IMG/VR virus record: IMGVR_UViG_3300045999_009338
Location: 1-64,000 of that record
DNA: 64,000 nucleotides
Source: a virus
Strand: one strand, 5' to 3'
Position numbers and translations under genes: made by a program. Shown here piece by piece: positions 38,378 to 48,660 of the stretch. How positions within the stretch are numbered: position 1 is the first letter of the stretch; every line of letters starts with the position of its first letter. Under the pieces are notes generated by a model. The model searched no databases. It was not told the origin of the DNA and saw only the letters and a list, made by a program, of their open reading frames with translations.

Positions 38378-40435
38378 ATGGCTTTTTCCATCCTCGAACA
38401 CCTCGCCAAACTGGAGCCGAGCGACCATGCAGGCAAATACATCTGCCCTGCATGCGGTGGCAACGATCTGTCCGTGAACGAAGGGAACGGAGCATACAAC
38501 TGCTTCAATGACGACAGTCCGAAGCATCGTGCAGAAATTCGTAACATTCTTGCGCCGCTAGAACGCTGGGAGCGTCCCATGCGTGAAGCGAGGCGCTATT
38601 CGTTCCCCTATCAAAACCGCAATCGCGAAGATGTGATCATCGTCACGCGAGACGATAGTTCTGGGAAGAAAAGCATTTCTCAGGACTATCCCACTGCAAA
38701 CAATGCCAATGGGAAGCGTTCTGAAATTGTCAAGCAGTTACGGAAGAACATTCTTCCCTATCGCTATTACGATGCCATTGAAGCATCAGCAGCTTCAGGC
38801 CTCCCTATCTTCATTGTTGAAGGTGAACTCACTGCTGATAGGCTCTGGGAAATCGGCCTGCCCTCTAGCACATTTCTTGGTGGTAGCGGACAATATCGTG
38901 CCAATGGCGACTATTCGCAACTGTTTCGTGGGCAGAAAGTAGTCCTTTGCCCCGATCGTGACGAGCCTGGCGTGGCTCTCATGAAGGAAGTGGCTGCAGA
39001 CAATCCCAATGCGCAATGGTGCTATGCAGAACCAAGTAGCTTTGAATGGGACAATCTGCCTCAGAAAGGAGGTTATGACTTAGCTGATTGGCTGGATGAT
39101 GGGGCCGATCAAGACGCCATTCTTTCCTCCATCGTTTCAAAGGATAGGCACGAAGGTAAAGACGGGCTTCCTTCTTACGAGGAGATTATTGGCACGTTCG
39201 AGCGCATGGTTGGTCTCTACAACAACGATGCTCGCATTGCCTATGAAGCTCGCCAGTGGATGGACGCTCATGGCGTCAAGCTGAATTCACAAGAGATTGA
39301 CAAGCTGCTTTCTGAAGCACGCGGTCGCGTGCATGGCAAAGAGGAGATGGAAATCCTCGATGCAAAAGCCATCGCGCAATCTGAAGACTCAAGGAAGTGG
39401 ACCATTGCCGGCATTCTTCCTGAAAGTAGCGTAATGCTGCTCGCTGCAGCTCCTGGTAGCGGCAAAAGCACCATTGTCTACAACTGGGCGCTGCACGTTG
39501 CCACTGGCAAAGACTGGAGCAATCGTCGTTGCAGGAAAGGGAAAGTGCTCATCATTCAATGCGACGAGCCCGTTGTTGATGCCGCAGAAAAGCTGCAAAT
39601 TATTGGCTACGACGATGACGCTTTGAGCAATGGTCAAATTGATTTCATTGATCGCTGGCGCTTTAGCAACATCCCACAGCTCCTTTCCTACGTACAGCGC
39701 CATCAGCCTCAGCTCATCATGATCGACAGTCTCACTTCATGCCTAGCCGGTATGGACGTAGATCTCATTCGTTCTGATGCTGGCAATTGCATCTACGAAC
39801 TACGGGACATTGCCAATCAATATGGTTGCTCCATTGTCATCCTTCATCATTTGAACAAAAGTGGTGGCATTCGTGATAGCTCCAGCTTTGAAGCCAACGT
39901 TAGTGAAGTGGTGAAATTGTATCGCACTGACAACAATCCTGATTCAACGCAGTTCATGTTTGAATGGACCAAGAGCCGTAGTGGCTTAGCCGGCAAGCAT
40001 TTTATGCAGCGTGATCCCGCCACTTATGGCTGGTATTACAAGGGGCCTGCAGTGGGTGGCAATGAAAGCATGGACAATCTTGTCAACATGCTCAATTCTC
40101 GCAAGCACGAACGTTTTGACAGGAAGAGCGCTGCTCATGCTGCTGGGGCATGGGACGATGTGAGCATCGGGCGCCTGTTGGAAGTGGCACGTCGTCAAGG
40201 TCTTATTGACACCAGCTTCATTGTTGGTCCCAATGGCGAGCGTACCAGGATGTATCAAAGCTGGGCCTATGAAGCCCCTGACATTGATTTTCAGGCAACG
40301 CCAACTTTCACGAAAGTTGAAAATCAGGCGAATGAAAATATTCCCGAGCAGGAAGAGGCTCCTCAGAATGAGCCTGTTTCTGCTGCTGCCAATGAAAATC
40401 TTCCCGAAGGGGAAGATGATGATGAGTGGTTCTGA
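38378..40435 (+). CDS. DNA primase-helicase (Zn finger + TOPRIM + AAA/RecA-like helicase)
   Basis: CPAC...C; 'IVEGE..AD'; 'PDRDEPG'; Walker A 'AAPGSGKS'; 'IMIDSL'; 'ILHH'. Confidence 0.9.
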   Translation: MAFSILEHLAKLEPSDHAGKYICPACGGNDLSVNEGNGAYNCFNDDSPKHRAEIRNILAPLERWERPMREARRYSFPYQNRNREDVIIVTRDDSSGKKSISQDYPTANNANGKRSEIVKQLRKNILPYRYYDAIEASAASGLPIFIVEGELTADRLWEIGLPSSTFLGGSGQYRANGDYSQLFRGQKVVLCPDRDEPGVALMKEVAADNPNAQWCYAEPSSFEWDNLPQKGGYDLADWLDDGADQDAILSSIVSKDRHEGKDGLPSYEEIIGTFERMVGLYNNDARIAYEARQWMDAHGVKLNSQEIDKLLSEARGRVHGKEEMEILDAKAIAQSEDSRKWTIAGILPESSVMLLAAAPGSGKSTIVYNWALHVATGKDWSNRRCRKGKVLIIQCDEPVVDAAEKLQIIGYDDDALSNGQIDFIDRWRFSNIPQLLSYVQRHQPQLIMIDSLTSCLAGMDVDLIRSDAGNCIYELRDIANQYGCSIVILHHLNKSGGIRDSSSFEANVSEVVKLYRTDNNPDSTQFMFEWTKSRSGLAGKHFMQRDPATYGWYYKGPAVGGNESMDNLVNMLNSRKHERFDRKSAAHAAGAWDDVSIGRLLEVARRQGLIDTSFIVGPNGERTRMYQSWAYEAPDIDFQATPTFTKVENQANENIPEQEEAPQNEPVSAAANENLPEGEDDDEWF

Positions 40436-40520
40436 CTGTCTCGCAATAGGAGGGAGGCTTTAGCGCGGCCTCCCTGCTGCCTACCGTAGCGAGCAGCTTT
40501 CTTCAGTATAAGCCAATAAG

Positions 40521-40548
40521 AAAGGGGCCTAATGGCCCCTTTGTTTTA
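40521..40548. terminator. Bidirectional terminator
   Basis: AAAGGGGCC-TAAT-GGCCCCTTT, between converging genes. Confidence 0.7.
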
Positions 40549-40704
40549 TTTGCGTTTGCCTTGGTCTTGTCCGTCTAGCTTGCGCTGAAATTCTTTGGCC
40601 TCCTGCTCCTTGCCATAGAGCCAAGCTCTAGTGCTTTGTCCTGGCTTGGGACCATTACGAGGAAGCTTGATGACTTTGAAGCCGCTGGGAACTGAGTTGG
40701 TCAT
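40546..40704 (-). CDS. Small hypothetical protein (52 aa), not in the ORF track
   Basis: MTNSVPSGFKVIKLPRNGPKPGQSTRAWLYGKEQEAKEFQRKLDGQDQGKRK, ending at the terminator. Confidence 0.45.
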   Translation of the reverse strand: MTNSVPSGFKVIKLPRNGPKPGQSTRAWLYGKEQEAKEFQRKLDGQDQGKRK

Positions 40705-41100
40705 GATTGCTTGCGAAGCTTGCAAATCCTACCACAATCCCATTTTCCCATCAAAATGGACAGTTCCAGGATTGGCCCTCTTGTAAAAATTTGGCGGGGG
40801 TGTGTACACTGGTTCCGGAAAGTCCCGCGAGTATCCAAGAGATCTCAGACGGGCATTCCAGGGGGGCTACAAGCCTACGCTGCATGGCCAGCCAGAGCAA
40901 GCGGAGCCCCCAAGGGCGAAGCGCATCAGTCACCAGGCCAAGATTCCCTAAAAAGAACAGGCCAGACGAGGCCTCAAGCCTCCGCGATGCCGCTCAAGCC
41001 AGAGTGGAGCCCCCAAGGGCGGAACGTTCAAGCCAGAAGGCAAAGGAAACCTTCAAGCAAGAAGAACGTCACTAACATTGCAAAGGAATCTTCCTAAGCA

Positions 41101-41861
41101 ATGCTTCTTCCGCCCAAGCAAGTAGAAAAGCTCCCTCTGCTAGAACACAATGGAGCAGAAATCCTGCCCATTATTCATCACGGTTTTTCAAAGCCTGCGA
41201 AAGGGCCGCAACCAGCGGCCCGTACTCTCTATGGAGCCCGTGATAACAATGGCGAACGCCATTGGCGAGGAAGCCTGCATGAAATCCAGCAATTGATTGA
41301 TAGTGGTTTCGCAGTGCAGGAGCAGACCAATGCGTGAATTCTGCACCAATCCCAAGGACTGCATGGCTCTCGCTTACGAGCGTGAAGCTGAGCATGAAAT
41401 GGACGCTCGTGGGCTTGATGCTGCCTATGCAGAAATTGTCGATAGCTTCCATAAAGAAATGGAAGAATTCATCCGCAAGTATTGCCCGAAAAAGCTAAAT
41501 GAATTTGATGACTTGCTAGAAAAAGCTTTCTGGCAGTATCATTGAATCATGATTGAATCAGGCGACGATCTTCAACGTCTTATTGACGATGCCATTCGTC
41601 GCCATGAAATCAGAGTGGCAATAATGAGCGGCGCTTTAGGCGCCGCTCTTCTGCTAGGAACGTTTCACGCAATTGCATTGCTTCGTCATGAATTACACTC
41701 CCTCGCCATTGTCGCAAGCTGAATGGGAAGAGCTTTGTATGTTGAAACGAGCCATTGATGATGCTCCGGCCACTGTCGTGGCCTCGCGCATGGAGCGCTT
41801 CACAGAATTATTTGTTCGTACTCTCCATGGAAAGGGAGATACAATGCGAGAAGCAAAATAA
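41101..41861 (+). CDS. Small hypothetical genes (41101-41337, ~41330-41545, ~41688-41861)
   Basis: Short co-oriented ORFs. Confidence 0.45.
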
Positions 41862-41867
41862 TAAAGA

Positions 41868-42623
41868 ATGCCTCGTCCTGAGATTGAATTTGCTACGCCT
41901 GAAGAAGAAGAGGCCTATGCAAGAAACGCTTTAGCGAAGGCGGGAGTGCCAATCACGCAATATGAAGCCATTCGAGAACATAAATCACATGGCGGTAATC
42001 GTGGTGCCGGCATCTATACCAAAGAAATGCTGGGCGTTAGGCGATGGATGGTGCAAGAGCTTCTTGCTGCAAAAATGAGCAATCGCCAGATTGCGAATGT
42101 TCTAAAACTAAGCAAAGAAACAGTTAATGGTGATCGCCACTTCAATAGGGATCTCTATACGCAAGAAATCCTAAAGAATCAAGATACGCATAGAGCGCGT
42201 CTCTTGAAAGAACAAATGGAGCTGAAAGACTTGGCTCTTCGTAGCTTTGAAAATAGCAAGCGCAAGAAAACAGTCACCATTATGGACGGCGGTGACGATG
42301 GTGGGAAGGAGATGGTGAAGATCGAAGAAAGCGCTGGCGACGCATCGTTCCTTAACGTAGCCAAGAACTCCTTGGTCGAACAAGCGAAGCTGCTTGGCCT
42401 CAATGAAATCAAGCAAGTGGAAAGTCAAGACACGTCTTACAGGAAGTTCTTGAAAGATTTGTCTTCCACCATTGAAAAGGAGAAGGAAGCCAAGGCTACG
42501 GAAGAGCGCAGGGGCAATTCTCTACTTGCGTCCGCTGAGACCATTAGTTTCGACGCAGAGCCAGAAAACGAGCCACTTCCTGACGCCATGCCTTTACAAA
42601 CAATTAACGAAGATGACTATTGA
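41868..42623 (+). CDS. HTH protein, probable terminase small subunit
   Basis: HTH 'MSNRQIANVLKLSKETVNGD' then '...AKLLGLN' helix typical of TerS-like proteins. Confidence 0.55.
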   Translation: MPRPEIEFATPEEEEAYARNALAKAGVPITQYEAIREHKSHGGNRGAGIYTKEMLGVRRWMVQELLAAKMSNRQIANVLKLSKETVNGDRHFNRDLYTQEILKNQDTHRARLLKEQMELKDLALRSFENSKRKKTVTIMDGGDDGGKEMVKIEESAGDASFLNVAKNSLVEQAKLLGLNEIKQVESQDTSYRKFLKDLSSTIEKEKEAKATEERRGNSLLASAETISFDAEPENEPLPDAMPLQTINEDDY

Positions 42624-42671
42624 CAATGGTCCCTTGCGGGACCATTATGAGCCAATCTTCCCTTCCTTCCA

Positions 42672-44294
42672 TTGGACGCTTTCGATTCCGTTGATCAGTT
42701 TCTTCGCCAGGCAGTAGCTGCGAAGGATGGCAAGCGGCATGCCATTAGCGCTTCGCTTTCGCCTCATCTGCAAGATCATGGCACCGTAGGCATTCCGCCG
42801 AAACTGGCCGGCACTATTGAAGCCATGCTGCAGAAACATGGTGACGAGGCCTACAGGCAAATTGCGCTGTTCTGCCTTGGCAAGTGGTTCGAGACTCACA
42901 TTGGTATGTTCGAGGAGCTGATTGGCGAAGAGCCCAGCATGGGCTGTAGCTGTCTAATGGACGCCACTCGCATCGCTGATGCTCTCCATCTCCTGTCGGA
43001 AATCAATAGCATTGGAGGCGATGGCGGATGGCGCATCATGCTTGAAGAAACGCTCAGTCAGCACATTCTTGAAGAGCTTGAGGAGGAACGTTGGTAATGG
43101 CTTCCACTTGTCGCACTTTTCTCATTACTACTTACGAAGGGAGGAAAATCGCCCTGGGGGCGATTTCCGCAAAACAAGCTGAACACTTTATGCTTGCAAT
43201 GCGTCCTGACGTGAGAATTGCAATGATTGAGGAAATCCCTCCACTTCCTGAAGATCCCAAGCTGTGACCTTTTCTTTCCATTGCAACGACAAAACCGGCC
43301 ATCTCCGCATGGGAAAGTTTTGTTTTCAATGGCGCAATAGCTTCATCCTTGGCACAATGTACGACGGTTTTGGCGAAAGCCAATTGACCATCGGCAATCG
43401 CTCCTTCCATTTCGGACAATTTCGTTTCGCTTAATCATGGACTTTCAGCTCTCCATTGTTGAAGAGCATTCCCTTCCTCGCATGGTTCACATTTGCATTC
43501 CTCCGCAATTACAAGAGGAAGCACGAGCCTTGGCCATGGAAAATCCTCCTATTCATCCTGCATGGCGAAAGGCTCAAGCCAGAGGCAAGCATTTCGTGAT
43601 TGCCACTAACGAGCTTGATGACATCACAGAGCTTGCAGACTTTGCTCGCACTAACATTGAAGAGCCCGAAGGACCAATGAGCAAGCCAAAGCGCCAGGCC
43701 TATCAGATTTTGCTAGACAGGGCATTCAGGCATGCAGAACTGGAGCCTATGGGCTCCTGCCATGCCATTGCCACCAAGTGGCGAGACAAGCCTTTGCCGA
43801 TCACCAAGAACCTGAGCATCGCCACTCAGGCCTTGCGTAAGCCATCGCAAGCTTTGTAAACAAATGTTACGGCATCAGAACGGCCCCCTTGATGGGGGCC
43901 TTTTTGCTGGCACACTATGCACATGCGACGGCGAACGTCGCTAGTCCTCCGCTTTTCCATCGTGACCACCACGTTCAGTCACACTCTTCCTAATCAGCCC
44001 ATCTGTGCCTTTAAGGATGGAGAACTGGCAATGTTCTTTGGCCAGCCAATGGTGACGCGCAGCTTCTCCATGGGAGATCTGCAAGAATTTATTTGCACCA
44101 TTGAAAAGGCTATTGATGAAGAGCCTAATTTCGTGCAACAGATGGCTCTTGAGCGCATTCGCTGTGCCTTTGTTGTGAGCCTGGAAATGCTCAAGGAAAA
44201 CCATGAAGAGCTTCAGAAAGAAGCTCCTCTTGGCGCTGATTTTGAAGAGTATTTGATGAACTACAACAACGCAATTAAAGGAGGCAAACTGTGA
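42672..44294 (+). CDS. Hypothetical genes (42672-43097, 43437-43859, ~43962-44294)
   Basis: Co-oriented ORFs with genome-typical codon usage. Confidence 0.5.
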
Positions 44295-44599
44295 CTTCCA
44301 CTCCCAAAGACAGGCTCGCAGAAGCTATTTTTGAATATTTTGACGATGACAATGGAGACCAGCTCATTAAAGATCTCGCGGAATTGTTGGCGCAAGATCG
44401 GGATCATCATCTTAGGAAATTTCGCGCTCTCTCTCATGCCTACGAACAACTCTTTGGCCAATCATTCTGATCTTGACTGGGACCATGACAAACGAAGCGT
44501 TATGCAGCTTGCCACTGCGAAGCTTGAGCGCAGACTCCAATACTGGAAGGAGAAAGAGCAAGAGGAAATCCTCAAGCGTTATCGTCTCATCACTTCCAT

Positions 44600-44956
44600 T
44601 TGATCATGATTCAAGATTCTTCTCCGATCACTCCGCCGCCTGAGCTGGTGGAGCAGTGGCGAGAGCAGGCCCCGCGTTTCCGAGACGGTGGCATTGCCCG
44701 CGAAGACTGGCTGATGACCCGCGCCGCCCAGTGGGGCGCTGACATTGAGCTGGAGGCGTGCTGTGAGTGGCTGCACTGGCAAAATCTAGCGACACACCCG
44801 GAGCTAATCCCATCACTCCGCGCCGCTCGCCGCCCCAAACCGTCAAGCTTGAAGGAACAGGCGCTGCTGGCGATTGACACCGCTGTTGCCGATGATCGCT
44901 TGTCAGCAGATGTCGCCACCATCGTCCGCCGCGCCCTGGAGCAACTCGATGACTGA
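44600..44956 (+). CDS. Hypothetical protein
   Basis: 'ITPPPELVEQW...WGAD.ELEAC...RPKPSSLKEQAL' pattern familiar from cyanophage accessory regions. Confidence 0.55.
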   Translation: MIMIQDSSPITPPPELVEQWREQAPRFRDGGIAREDWLMTRAAQWGADIELEACCEWLHWQNLATHPELIPSLRAARRPKPSSLKEQALLAIDTAVADDRLSADVATIVRRALEQLDD

Positions 44957-45458
44957 CCTCTCCCCCGCCGCGCAGAAAAACGAAAGCCGGGAGTTTTTGG
45001 CTGAGTGGTTCGAGTACGACACCAACAGCCCGTCTTGTCTTAAGTGGAAAAAACGCCCACCTCATGGACGCAAAGGAGCCGGAGATTTCTGTGGTTACTT
45101 GTCTAAGTATTACAGGGTTAGGCTTATGGGTCACTGGTATCAATGCCACAGAATCATTCTGATCCTTCACGACATCAATCCGTGCGCAGGCCAAGTGGCA
45201 GATCACATAAATCGAAACAAGCTCGATAATCGCCTAGAGAATCTGCGATGGTTAAACCCGAGCCAAAATCACCGCAATACGGCAGGCAGTGCAACGTCTG
45301 GCTGGAAACACGCACGATTAACAAAAGAGAATACTTATAGGGCTAACTACCGTTACCCAGGAGAAAACAGGACGGTGTTCTGTGGAACGTACAAAACCGC
45401 AGAACAAGCTCACTACATGGCCATTGCTCATAAGCTAGAAAACTACTGGAGACCTTGA
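44949..45458 (+). mobile_element. HNH (HNH_3-like) homing endonuclease gene
   Basis: 'HRII...DHINRNKLDNRLENLR'; AT-richer codon usage than its neighbours. Confidence 0.75.
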
Positions 45459-45459
45459 A

Positions 45460-46753
45460 ATGACTAGCCTTTCACCACAAGCGCAGGCGGTGCTGGATGC
45501 CGCTGAAGATGATTGCATTCACCCCACCGATTTGCACAAAATCGTTGCCGCCGCCCTGCGAGCTGCTGCGGATCAGGTGGTGCCAGAAATGGTCAACGCT
45601 GTTGGCGACGAACACGACAACGCCCGCCGTGAGCAGTGGATTCGCATTCGGCGCAAATTCCTCGCCATTGCTGTCGAGCTTGAAGCCCAGTAGCCCATCC
45701 CACTACGAGACCTGAAATGATTAACCCAAGTCTTCCGATTCCCGTCCCCTCTAAAGACCGTGCTCCACGCGATGAGGACTGCAATGAAAAGGGGGAGTGC
45801 TGGCATTGGGATGTGTCTAGTGACTCCTGGACGCTTTATAGGGCTACATGGCTGCACGATCCCGACACCTACGAGGTTTCTCCTTATTGGCTGCCTTTCA
45901 GCTCACTTCCGTGCCCCTCTTAGTCCGATCAGATAAACACCATGACGAATCACTCCGAATCTCCGTACCAGTTATTTACCCCTCCCACCCCGAAAGGGTA
46001 TTGGATAATTGGAAAAAGCAACTGGTATCAAACCAAGTTTACTATGTATAAAAAACCAAACAGACTTCATCGACTCATGACAAAATTCTTGCTCGGATGG
46101 GACTGGGTTGATAATGGCTGAACTTTCACCTGCTGCACTGGCAGTTCTCACTGCCTTCAACAAAGGTTGGGATCCAAACTTGCCCGCCGCCCTGCGGGCT
46201 GCTGCGAATGAGGTTGATAATCTCTTCTGCGAAAGCGGTTTGGACGACAGGGACGGTCTGGAATTTGCCATAGGCCAACTTTTTTTGATCGCCCGCGAAC
46301 TTGAATCCCAATGACTAAACAACTTTCACCTGCTGCTCAATCCGTCCTTGATGCTTTCTTTGCCGGCGATTGGCAAGATGAACCACTGCACTCAAACCTC
46401 GCCGCCGCTCTTCGTGCTGCAATAACCGCTGTTGGTTCCGAGGAGATTTTTCATCCAACCTCAAAACGCACCGATGGTGTCAAGTGGTGCGTACAACGCA
46501 TTTACGCAATCGCTAACGAGCTTGAAGCCCAATGACTCAACAACTTTCACCTATTGCTCAGGCGGTGCAGTTTGCCGCTTTTCGCGTCTACGACGAAGAG
46601 GAACTTCTTTATGTAGTTCCCGCCGAAAAACATGCAGGCATGGTTGCTGCTGCCGCCCTTCGTGCTGCTGCTGAGAATTTCCTTATGGATTGGGACGCTA
46701 TTCAGTGTTGCGACTTCCTTCTTGACATGGCCGATGAGCTTGAGGCTCAGTAG
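45460..46753 (+). repeat. Paralogous small-gene family (45460-45693, 46114-46314, 46311-46535, 46532-46753)
   Basis: All four share LSPxA...AAALRAA...ELE(A/S)Q and the matching DNA blocks. Confidence 0.85.
45717..45923 (+). CDS. Small Trp-rich hypothetical protein
   Basis: 'PIPV...P..EDC...GECW.W...WLP'. Confidence 0.5.
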   Translation: MINPSLPIPVPSKDRAPRDEDCNEKGECWHWDVSSDSWTLYRATWLHDPDTYEVSPYWLPFSSLPCPS

Positions 46754-47334
46754 CTAGATCCTTTTGGTTCTTGTCAAATTATCAGGATTTCCAATAAACG
46801 CCATTTATCAAGAATCCTGCTAAAGCCCCTCAAGGGGCTTTTTCTTTGCCCAAGAACGATCACCAGGAAGAGGCTCCATCCCTACGTCCCAAGTGTCGTA
46901 TGTATCTTTGTTGCGCGGATCGTACATTTCCCCGCTTGCCATCCATCGCTTCAGCCTTTCCCTCTCCTGCTCTGCAGAAAGCTTCATGACAATCTCCTAG
47001 CTCTTTAAGCATAGGCACAAGAGAAGGGGCCTTACAGCCCCTTCTCTTCACACCCTCCGATGCCCCTTTCCCTAAAGATGCAAGGGAGATGATGCGCCTC
47101 GCAGGAGACCATGCATAACTCCTTGGCTAAGCCATACGGCTTTGCCCGCATCATCAGAGGCGTCCACCCTCACGGCTCGCCCGAAGACGAGAGCAGCAAT
47201 TAAGCCGCTAGGACCGAGTGCTCAAGAATCATAACATGCTTTGTCCGCTCGGCACTAACTGCTCGTTTCATGGCACAATGGGCATTGCCTTGTCGGAGAC
47301 GACATGGCCCTCGCTAGTTCTTTCGTACTAATTG

Positions 47335-47682
47335 ATGAAACGTCTTTTTCTTTCCCTTCTGCTGCTTTGCCCCTTACAAGCGCAAGCGGCCCTCGAATGT
47401 GGCTACGCCTCGCACTACGGCATCTCAGATGGCTACCACGGCCAGCGCACTGCAAGCGGATCCACGTTCAATGCCTATTCCATGACTGCTGCCCATCCCT
47501 GGCTTCCATTTGGCACGCGACTGCGTGTGAAGAACCGTAACAATGGAAAGTCAGTGACAGTGACAGTCGTTGATCGCGGCCCATACTACGGAGGCCGAAT
47601 CTTGGACCTGTCCTACGGCAGCTTTGCTCGCATTGCTTCTCCTTCTCAAGGCGAAGCTTCCATCTGCATCTCAAGACTATGA
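47335..47682 (+). CDS. rlpA: RlpA-like (DPBB) lytic transglycosylase
   Basis: 'ASHYG...G..TASG..F....MTAAH..LPFGT...V.V.DRGPY...RILDLS', with a signal peptide. Confidence 0.85.
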   Translation: MKRLFLSLLLLCPLQAQAALECGYASHYGISDGYHGQRTASGSTFNAYSMTAAHPWLPFGTRLRVKNRNNGKSVTVTVVDRGPYYGGRILDLSYGSFARIASPSQGEASICISRL

Positions 47683-47953
47683 AAGACGCAGCTTCTTTCC
47701 TGCTGGTAAGCCTAGTCATTGGACTAGGCGCATTTGCCATTGCAGCCTCCCCTAACGTGACAGCTAACAAGGAGGGCCTTGACAAATGCCTGCAGCTCCA
47801 CCCCGAACGCTACTGTCGCATTGCCAACGGCTTCCCCGTGGCAAAGCTTGACAGCCAAGCCAAGTAGGTCTACAGTCCCCTCGGTCGATGGGAAAGGAGC
47901 TTCGCAAGAGGCTCCCCCTTTCTTCCTAGTTCCTTCGCTGGCGACAGCTCCTC

Positions 47954-48232
47954 ATGGACAAAACCAACAAAATCAAACAGTTCATTTTCAATGCTGGTCA
48001 CAGCATTGTTTCAGTGGAATTCATCAAGGCTGATGGTTCCATTCGCAAGCTCCAATTCAATCCTTGGGACACCAAGGAAATCAAAGGCACTGGCACGGCA
48101 GTAAAGAAGCCCAGCATTGTCCGCTGTCGTGATTTCTCCATTGCTCGCAAGGAAGGAGAAGGTGCTTGGCGTTCGTTTGATTGTGAGCGCGTGGTGAGCA
48201 TCAAGGCTAACGGTCAAACCCTCGTCTTCTGA
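47954..48232 (+). CDS. SH3/WYL_2-like beta-barrel protein
   Basis: 'VEFIKADGSIR...WRSF'. Confidence 0.6.
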   Translation: MDKTNKIKQFIFNAGHSIVSVEFIKADGSIRKLQFNPWDTKEIKGTGTAVKKPSIVRCRDFSIARKEGEGAWRSFDCERVVSIKANGQTLVF

Positions 48233-48441
48233 ATCATGGCTCTCACAAAAACGCAACAAGCCATCGCAAGAATGGTTTCTGACAATGCCCGCCACAAATG
48301 GAAAGATTACAGTGCCGATGATCGTTCTTCTGCTCGCAGCTTTATTCTTTCCCGCGCTAATAAGCCCGCTTATGAAAGCAAGAAAGACTTGCTAATTACG
48401 CTTGCAAATGCTTTGCAAGATGACATCTGGAAAGTGCTTTA

Positions 48442-48630
48442 ATGGCGCTTAAGGACAACAGGCGAGAACTATTTGCGCTCGTTAAAAAGCATGGCTTTGT
48501 TTTACATCGACAAACAAAGCATTTCATCTTTAAACATTCTTCTGGCAAAATCCTAGTGTGCAGCAAAAGCACAGATGATCGGCGCAGCTTGAAGAATGTA
48601 GAGCGCGATATTAAACGCTTGTTGTCTTAA
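48442..48630 (+). CDS. HicA-like protein
   Basis: 'RELFALVKKHGFVLHRQTKHFIFKH'. Confidence 0.55.
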   Translation: MALKDNRRELFALVKKHGFVLHRQTKHFIFKHSSGKILVCSKSTDDRRSLKNVERDIKRLLS

Positions 48631-48660
48631 TTTTTTGTTCATTTCTTTTCTTCAAAAACA

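Noticed and set aside
40707-41097. ORFs 40707-41075 and 40711-41097 (also 56760-57190)
   Set aside because: Atypical composition and overlap with shared hairpin motifs; more likely non-coding.
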